DNA of 60,308 nt, the filler included. It is 8 parts of 8 records of this genome, joined end to end, with 100 filler letters (N's around TTAATTAATTAA, not from the genome) between each part and the next. Parts side by side here need not be neighbours in the genome. Positions count along the whole stretch, not along the records: positions 48,529 to 54,429 come from SRR31147125_39071; positions 54,530 to 60,308 come from SRR31147125_39081; 6 more parts are not named here. One strand, given 5' to 3'. Position numbers and translations under genes: made by a program. This document shows, piece by piece, positions 53,752 to 60,308 of the stretch (the stretch's first letter is position 1; every line of letters begins with the position of its first letter). Below the pieces are notes generated by a model. The model was not told the DNA's origin. It searched no databases and saw only the letters and a list, made by a program, of their open reading frames with translations.

Positions 53752-54429
53752 TTATATTTGCTTTAAAAACTCAACGGTTTTTTCTAGCTTCATACCGCGA
53801 GAAGCTTTTACATATATCGCATCGCCTTTTTCTACAATATTTCCAAGCTCTTCAAGCATATTATCTTGAGTTTCAAAATATAATGATTTTTTGTTGCTGT
53901 TTTGAACTATTCCATCATGAATATGCGAAGCATCTTTTCCTACACATATAAATAAGTCTATATTCTGTTTGCATACTTTAGTGCCAATATCATAGTGAAT
54001 TTTTTCAGCGTAATCCCCTACCTCAAAAACATCACCGATTATAGCAATGCGCTTATTGCCTGTTTTTATAAGCTCTAAAGCTTTAGTTCCAGCTACAATA
54101 GATTCCTCGCAGGCATTATAAACATCGTCCAAAATGGTTAAGTTTTCAGTATTTATTATTCTGTTTCTAGATCCGATGTTTTTAAAACTATTAACACCGT
54201 TAATAATCTCGTCATCATTAAGCCCAAGTTTTTTAGCAACAAAAGCGGCTGCAAGTGTGGGGTATATCATATGTTTGCCAAGCGATGCAACATTCAGCTC
54301 TAAGGTCGATTCATCGTAACAGGCTGTAAACTTCGTTCCGTTTTCATCCATGCTTTTAATTTCTTTTACATAAAAATCATTATGTTCAGCTTCGCCAAAA
54401 AACAATGGATTCCATTTGCTACTTTTTAG
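53752..54429 (-). CDS. murF: UDP-MurNAc-tripeptide D-Ala-D-Ala ligase, C-terminal fragment
   Basis: ILDDVYNA, IIGDVFEVG..H..IG, YVKASRGMKLE. Confidence 0.88.
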   Translation of the reverse strand, partial: LKSSKWNPLFFGEAEHNDFYVKEIKSMDENGTKFTACYDESTLELNVASLGKHMIYPTLAAAFVAKKLGLNDDEIINGVNSFKNIGSRNRIINTENLTILDDVYNACEESIVAGTKALELIKTGNKRIAIIGDVFEVGDYAEKIHYDIGTKVCKQNIDLFICVGKDASHIHDGIVQNSNKKSLYFETQDNMLEELGNIVEKGDAIYVKASRGMKLEKTVEFLKQI

Positions 54430-54529
54430 NNNNNNNNNNNNNNNNNNNNNNNNNNNNNNNNNNNNNNNNNNNNTTAATTAATTAANNNNNNNNNNNNNNN
54501 NNNNNNNNNNNNNNNNNNNNNNNNNNNNN
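54430..54529. other. Artificial contig spacer
   Basis: N-run, TTAATTAATTAA, N-run. Confidence 0.97.
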
Positions 54530-54530
54530 C

Positions 54531-55106
54531 CTGGTAACAAATAATCGTACCGAAGTCTGTCAGTACTTTGCCTTTTATTTTAATATCGCAACACTGGAAA
54601 GTTATCCTCAACTGTGGGAAAAGTTGGTAAAAGAGTTTGGTCCGCAACGGCAGGAGCAAAATAAATACCCGGATGTATATGAAGCCAATTCCTTTGTCGG
54701 AAATGTCTTACGACTGGAGATATTATCCCGATATGGCTTCTGTCAGCAAGTTCTTGATGAATCTATTGATTATCAGTTGTTTATGGTAGATCGAACCGGG
54801 ACTTTATGGGAAAATATAGACACACGGGCCAGTTGTAATCATGGTTTTGCCTCTCATGCTATTCATAGTTTGTACAGAGATGTTCTGGGAATTTACAATA
54901 TCGATTTACCAAACAAATCAATTATACTGCGATTTACAGATCTGGATCTGGACTGGTGTGAAGGACGGCAACCCATAGGTAAAGATTCCCTCTTTTTAAC
55001 ATGGTGGCGTGAGGATCAGGTATTGCATTATCGTGTACGTATACCAGCTGGCTTTGAGCTAAAAGTAGAGAGTACAGGTGATTTAAAGATTGTTCAACAT
55101 CCTTAA
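54531..55106 (+). CDS. GH78 alpha-L-rhamnosidase-like protein, C-terminal fragment
   Basis: Frame is open from 54531; TGTLWEN...ASCNHGFASH followed by a beta-sandwich tail. Confidence 0.72.
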   Translation: MVTNNRTEVCQYFAFYFNIATLESYPQLWEKLVKEFGPQRQEQNKYPDVYEANSFVGNVLRLEILSRYGFCQQVLDESIDYQLFMVDRTGTLWENIDTRASCNHGFASHAIHSLYRDVLGIYNIDLPNKSIILRFTDLDLDWCEGRQPIGKDSLFLTWWREDQVLHYRVRIPAGFELKVESTGDLKIVQHP

Positions 55107-55231
55107 ATACCATAACGGTCATTAAATAGTCACATTACTTAAATAGTTCAAATAATGAAACTATTTTGTTAAAATGGTATTTTGGTTTTTTAAACCAAAA
55201 GATGTGGCTTGGAGACATGTAAAGGGACCTA

Positions 55232-56284
55232 TTGGCTAAAAAATCAAAAAAAGATGAAATGGATTTTGCCGGTAAGCTTGAAGAACTGGAAAAGCTGCTT
55301 GCAGGCCAAAAACGGTTATTAATTGTTTTGCATAATAATCCGGATCCTGATGCGTTGGCCAGTGCGTTGGCACTAAAATATCTGGCACAAAAACGAAACG
55401 ATATGAAGGTGAGTATTGCATATGGAGGCATTATTGGCAGAGCTGAAAACCGGGCCATGGTGCGCGAGTTGAAAATACCATTAAAGAATGTGAATCGCAT
55501 ACGATTTGAAAGGTATAACCGGATTGCGTTAGTGGATACCCAACCAGGTGCCACCAATAATTCATTACCATCACACATTCATTGTCATATTGTTATCGAT
55601 CATCACCCCAGGCAGCGTGGTCAAAAGTGTGATTTTGTCATGATTAATCCCAAAATGGGTGCAACAGCCACTTTTTTTATCGAATGGCTTGATATCTCTG
55701 GTTTGACTATTCCTCAGAATCTGGCTACTGCTCTTTCGTATGCCATTCGCTCGGAAACCCAGGATCTTGGTCGCGAGATAACGAAACGGGATATTCAGGC
55801 TTATTTGTCTGTTTATCCTAAAGCCAGTATGCGTACATTGGCGAGAATAACACATCCAAAACTTTCACGCTCCTATTTTATCTTTCTGAACAGAACCTTA
55901 AAGCAGGCAAAACGTTTTCGAAATTTAATCTGTGCGCATCTGGGTGAGGTGCCCACCCCCGAACTGGTTGCGGAAATGGCTGATCTACTATTACGCCACA
56001 AGCGCACAAGTTGGTCTTTTTGTTCCGGCAGATTTAAAGATGATTTATATATATCCTTACGTAGTGCCAATCAAAACGCGAATGCAGGTAAAATAATTAA
56101 AAGCCTGGTACCGGATAGAAAAAATGCCGGTGGACATGGTATGTTTGCCGGTGGAAAAATCGAGCTTTTGGACAAACGACAGGATGACATAATAACAATT
56201 GAAAATAAATTGTCAAAAGATTTTGCCCGGCTAATGGGGTATGAAAATGTTGAGTGGAAATCGATACTTGACGAGTCGTCATGA
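55232..56284 (+). CDS. DHH/DHHA1 family phosphoesterase (NrnA-like)
   Basis: HNNPDPDALAS, LVDT, IDHH, ISLRS, AGGHGMFAGG. Confidence 0.87.
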   Translation: MAKKSKKDEMDFAGKLEELEKLLAGQKRLLIVLHNNPDPDALASALALKYLAQKRNDMKVSIAYGGIIGRAENRAMVRELKIPLKNVNRIRFERYNRIALVDTQPGATNNSLPSHIHCHIVIDHHPRQRGQKCDFVMINPKMGATATFFIEWLDISGLTIPQNLATALSYAIRSETQDLGREITKRDIQAYLSVYPKASMRTLARITHPKLSRSYFIFLNRTLKQAKRFRNLICAHLGEVPTPELVAEMADLLLRHKRTSWSFCSGRFKDDLYISLRSANQNANAGKIIKSLVPDRKNAGGHGMFAGGKIELLDKRQDDIITIENKLSKDFARLMGYENVEWKSILDESS

Positions 56285-56489
56285 GTTATCCTTAGTGGAC
56301 CTTTTAAAAACAAGATAACACCTTACCAACCGATATTATTGGGGTGGATCGTATTTGGTGTGGGTTTGAATGCCCCACTATTTATTATGTTTAAAGATAT
56401 GTTTTTAATATTATTACTCTTTTTTATAGTGACAATTGATTTTAATTACATGAGAAAAAATCATGGATATTAAAAAGAGGGGTGTCATC

Positions 56490-57836
56490 ATGAAAGAGGT
56501 GAATTTATCACGTCGTCATTTTGTTAAAGCATCGGTTCTCACGGCAGTCGCCAGTTCGGCAGTACCGCTGGTCAATATTGGAGTATCCGGAGCAAATGAA
56601 AAATTTGTGGTTGGTGTTATCGGCGCCAAGGGAAGGGGATTAAGACTGGCGCGCTACTTGGGTGAACGATCCAATGTTCAAATTGCCTGGATCTGTGATG
56701 TGGATTCCCGTTTATTTAAAAAAGCAGTAACTGAGGTAGAAAAAAGTCAAAAAAAACCACCCAAAACCACGATGGATTTTCGTCATATTCTTGACGACAA
56801 GAATATCGATGCGGTTTTTAATGCGACACCAGACCATTGGCATGCGATCCCGACTATAATGGCTTGTCAGGCTGGTAAAGATGTCTATGTTGAAAAACCG
56901 GTTGCCCATAATATCTGGGAGGGTCAGAAAATGGTTGAAGCGGCACGCACTTATAATCGTATCGTGCAGGTGGGTACACAAAGTCGCAGCGCTCCTTACA
57001 TACAAGAAGCTATTGATCTCATTCGTTCCGGTAAAATCGGAGATGTACACCTGGTTCGGGTTTTTAATATGAAAAAGAGAAAAGTGATCAATTTTAAACA
57101 AGATGAACCTGTACCGGAGGGAGTGAATTACGATATGTGGTTAGGTCCGGCACCTGATAGACCGTTTAATCCCAATCACTTTCATTATAATTGGCATTGG
57201 TTTTGGAATTATTCTGGTGGCGATATTATTAACGATTCTGTCCACCAAATCGATCTTGCTCGCTGGATCGTTGGCCAGGATGTCCCTAAATCAGCTTATG
57301 CAATCGGTGGAAAATATTCTTTCGAGGATGCTCAGGAGACACCGGATACACAAAGTGTTTTGTATGAATTCAACAAGGTTACCATAACGTTCGAGTTAAC
57401 ATTGTGGACGCCGTATATGAAAAAAATAGATATAAAGATTCGTAATAGTGATTTGTTGCCTCATTGGCCAACCTGCGCGACGCGTGTTGAAGTATATGGC
57501 ACCAATGGTTTTATAATGTTGGGACGACAGGGAGGCGGGTATCAGATATTTGATCAGGATGGACACGTCATCGCTAGCCAATATGGCCGCAGACCAACGC
57601 CCCGACATCTGGATGATTTTTTCGATTGTATCAGATCACGAAAAACACCACATGCTGATATCGAAAAGGGACACAAAAGCACTTTACTGTGCCATTTGGG
57701 AAATATATCCTATAGAATGGGTGGGAAAAAGGTGTCTTTTGATACTGGTGTGGGCAAATTTGTTAAGGACAGTGACGCGGATACATTTATAAAACGCACA
57801 TACAGAAAGCCGTGGATTGTCCCTGATAAAGTATAA
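56490..57836 (+). CDS. Tat-exported Gfo/Idh/MocA oxidoreductase
   Basis: Twin-arginine SRRHFVK; ATPDHWHA, GKDVYVEKP, VQVGTQSRS, YDMWLGPAP. Confidence 0.9.
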   Translation: MKEVNLSRRHFVKASVLTAVASSAVPLVNIGVSGANEKFVVGVIGAKGRGLRLARYLGERSNVQIAWICDVDSRLFKKAVTEVEKSQKKPPKTTMDFRHILDDKNIDAVFNATPDHWHAIPTIMACQAGKDVYVEKPVAHNIWEGQKMVEAARTYNRIVQVGTQSRSAPYIQEAIDLIRSGKIGDVHLVRVFNMKKRKVINFKQDEPVPEGVNYDMWLGPAPDRPFNPNHFHYNWHWFWNYSGGDIINDSVHQIDLARWIVGQDVPKSAYAIGGKYSFEDAQETPDTQSVLYEFNKVTITFELTLWTPYMKKIDIKIRNSDLLPHWPTCATRVEVYGTNGFIMLGRQGGGYQIFDQDGHVIASQYGRRPTPRHLDDFFDCIRSRKTPHADIEKGHKSTLLCHLGNISYRMGGKKVSFDTGVGKFVKDSDADTFIKRTYRKPWIVPDKV

Positions 57837-57953
57837 TAGGTGCTAAAAGTAAATTTATTTTGTATATTGTTTTTTCAGGCCTTTTAGATTCAGATTTACA
57901 CAAATTGGTTTGTCTTGTGAACAGCCTGAATTTATTTTTGAACTATATTACTT

Positions 57954-60208
57954 ATGGAGGTAAAAGTTATGTCGTTTCCCGGAACCAGCCGCAGGTCTAA
58001 TCGCAAGGTGTTGAATGTATTATTTCTTGTTTTCACATTTGTATTTACATATTCTGCCACGGCTCAGAATGAAGATTTTTATGTTATTTCAGGTCCAGAA
58101 GGAGGCAAGACTCGTTGGTTGAAATTTACGGATGCGCGGAATACCCTTTACAATTATCTGAGTTCCCAGTCATTTCAATCCTTAAATGAACGACTTGGAG
58201 ATATTGAAATTCTTAAAACAAAAGAGCAATGGCAAAAAAGACAGGCCCGGGTGCGGGAAACCTTGATGCAGCTTGTCGGACCATTTCCGGAAAAAACGGC
58301 ATTGAATGCGAAAACTGTTGAAACTCTGAAAAAGGATGGTTATAAAATTGAAAAAGTAATCTTTGAATCGTTACCAAAATATTATGTAACCGCCTGTTTG
58401 TATATACCTGACGGATTAAAAAAGAAAACACCGGCTGTTATTTATTGCAGCGGACACAGTGATCTGGCGTTTCGCAGTCCTACCTATCAGAATGTCATAT
58501 TGAATCTGGTTAAAAAAGGTTTTATTATTTTAGGCTTTGATCCGGTGGGACAGGGCGAACGACAGCACTATTTCGATCCTGAAACAGGTGAATCCAGGAT
58601 TGGTGGAGCAACAAAGGAACATTCCTACCCGGGTGCCCAATGTTTTCTGAATGGAAATTCCGTTGCCCGATATTTTATTTGGGATGGTATAAGAGTGGTC
58701 GATTATCTCCTGACTCGTCCTGAAGTTGACCCGGATAGAATCGGTATCACAGGTCGTTCCGGCGGTGGGACACAATCCTCCTATATAGCCGCGTTTGATC
58801 CGCGTATCCGCGCTGCTGCGCCGGAGTGTTATATAACCAGTTTTAAACGACTTTTAGAATCTGTCGGTCCCCAGGATGCGGAACAGAATTTTTATCACGG
58901 AATCGCCAACAAGATTGATCACGCCGATTTACTGGAAATGAGGGCACCCAAGCCAACAATGATGATCACAACGACCAGGGACTTTTTAGCATACAAGGCG
59001 CTAGAGAAACAGCTGCCGAAGTTAAAAATGTTTTTAAAGCGTTTAATAAAGAGGACAACTTTAGTATGGTGGAAGATGATGCTCCCCATGCATCGACTCT
59101 GAAGAATCGCCAGGCATTGTATGCGTTTTTTCAAAAGCACCTGGATCTGCCCGGAAATCCGCAGGAAGAAGAGGTCAACATATTACCTCAGGATGAATTG
59201 AAAATCACCCAAACCGGACAGGTATCAACATCTATAAAAGGTGAAACTCTTTATAGTCTCAACCGCTCAGAGGCAGAGAATCTTTTAACAAAGCTAAATA
59301 AATCCCGGCAAAATCTGCAAGCGCATTTACCCCATGTACAGGCGTCTGCGAAAGAACTTTCCGGATATTCAAGACCCCAAAAGGCGGGTTCAGCAGTATT
59401 TACGGGCCGGTATCAGCGCACGGATTATTGCATAGAAAAATATTATATACCTGGTAAAGGAGATTACGAGATCCCATTTATTTTAATGGTTCCAAACCAG
59501 GGAGAGAAACATCCGGTATTACTCTATCTGCATCCTTCCGGGAAAAGTGCCGGGGCAGCACCTGGTGGTGAAATGGAATATTTTGTAAAAAAAGGGTATG
59601 CTGTATTAGCAGCAGATTTAATAGGTAGAGGTGAGATGGGTCCAGGCCAATTCAGGGGCGATGCCTACGAATTCAAAGTTGGCCGAGGCGCTTTTAATGT
59701 ATGGTTTGCGGCTATTCAGAATGCCACCAGTATTGTAGGAATTCAGGCGAGTGATGTTGTCAGGCTGTTAGATTATCTGAAACAAAATAAAAAGTGTGAT
59801 GCAACGGATATCTCAGCTGTCGCGCGCGGAGATATGTGCCCGGTTTTGCTGCATGCAGCCGCATTTGAAAAATCCATAACTCAAATTGCGCTTATTAGTC
59901 CGCTTATCTCGTATCGTTCGATTGTTATGAATATGTATTATAAACCCGGTTTTATTCAGAGTACTGTGGCTGGTTCACTCACAGCCTATGATTTACCGGA
60001 CCTGGCTGCTTGTTTGGCTCCCAGGAAATTGTTAATGGTCAATATGACAGATCAAAATGGAAAGCCAGCCGGCAAAACAGACCTGGATCTGGACTTGGCG
60101 ATAGTACGCCAGGCGTATTCAGCTAAAGATGCCAGTCCTCAACTCCAAATAGGTGATTGGCCATCCTTTCAAAATATTGATCAGGTTTTTAATACATGGT
60201 TAAGATAG
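57954..60208 (+). CDS. Secreted two-domain alpha/beta hydrolase (acetylxylan-esterase-like); frameshift at the T5 run 58983-58987
   Basis: Signal peptide; EKVIFES, DPVGQGER, nucleophile GRSGGG, DAEQN. Adding one T restores RDFFSIQGARE and joins ORF 59066-60208. Confidence 0.82.
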
Positions 60209-60256
60209 AGCCTTGATGGAATAAAAAGGTAAATGTACGGATCCTTTATTCATTTC

Positions 60257-60293
60257 AAAAGCTGTCCTGTTACATTATCCAGGACAGCTTTTT
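60257..60293 (+). terminator. Intrinsic terminator (possibly bidirectional)
   Basis: AAAAGCTGTCCTG-loop-CAGGACAGCTTTTT. Confidence 0.8.
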
Positions 60294-60308
60294 CTATTGG
60301 TAAGGCCC

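Noticed and set aside
10717..54529. Seven identical TTAATTAATTAA motifs flanked by N runs, as a biological repeat or CRISPR
   Set aside because: Fixed 100-nt artificial spacers with six-frame stops. Genes are cut at each one and composition changes across them, so no cross-spacer gene association is meaningful.
57870..57932. TTCAGGC...GCCTGAA inverted repeat upstream of the esterase as a cis-regulatory RNA
   Set aside because: Only a 7-bp outer stem with weak inner pairing; no recognisable family.

Overview
This window is not one locus. It is eight unrelated contig fragments joined by seven artificial 100-nt spacers (N44-TTAATTAATTAA-N44, with stops in all six frames), most likely from an anoxic-community metagenome. 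Taxon labels are inferred from gene content and composition. (1) 1-10716, Bacteroidota: lepA end, a hypothetical gene, lpxA, lpxC-fabZ fusion, lpxD, an HD protein, then rimP-nusA-infB. (2) 10817-18015, GC-rich and Desulfobacterota-like: Lrp-gcvT-gcvH-gcvPA, a HEAT-repeat protein, and ROK-xylA-xylB. (3) 18116-26157: an FAH-family hydrolase, a winged-helix/TolB-like/TPR regulator, and a >1,690-aa mosaic surface protein. (4) 26258-36908, Bacteroidota glycan region: flippase, sulfotransferase, YfhO-type GT-C, methyltransferase, WbpE/D/A/B-like genes and an MFS transporter. (5) 37009-42780, Bacteroidota housekeeping: rhomboid, holA, AMP nucleosidase, HsdR-N protein, GNAT, GT2, recR. (6) 42881-48428, spirochaete: spoVG, tRNA-Gln, rplY, pth, tilS, ftsH, lepA. 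(7) 48529-54429, Clostridia-like: potBCD, a DnaA-box cluster, an oxidoreductase, dapL, murF. (8) 54530-60308: GH78 end, DHH phosphoesterase, Tat-exported oxidoreductase and a two-domain esterase. Ten genes are broken by frameshifts, mostly at homopolymers and best read as sequencing or consensus errors. I found no CRISPR array, rRNA or transposase, and no novel system is proven. The best leads are the orphan DnaA-box cluster, the mosaic giant adhesin with a candidate regulator and operator, the xylose operon in a sulfate-reducer-like contig, and a CTG-initiated pth.
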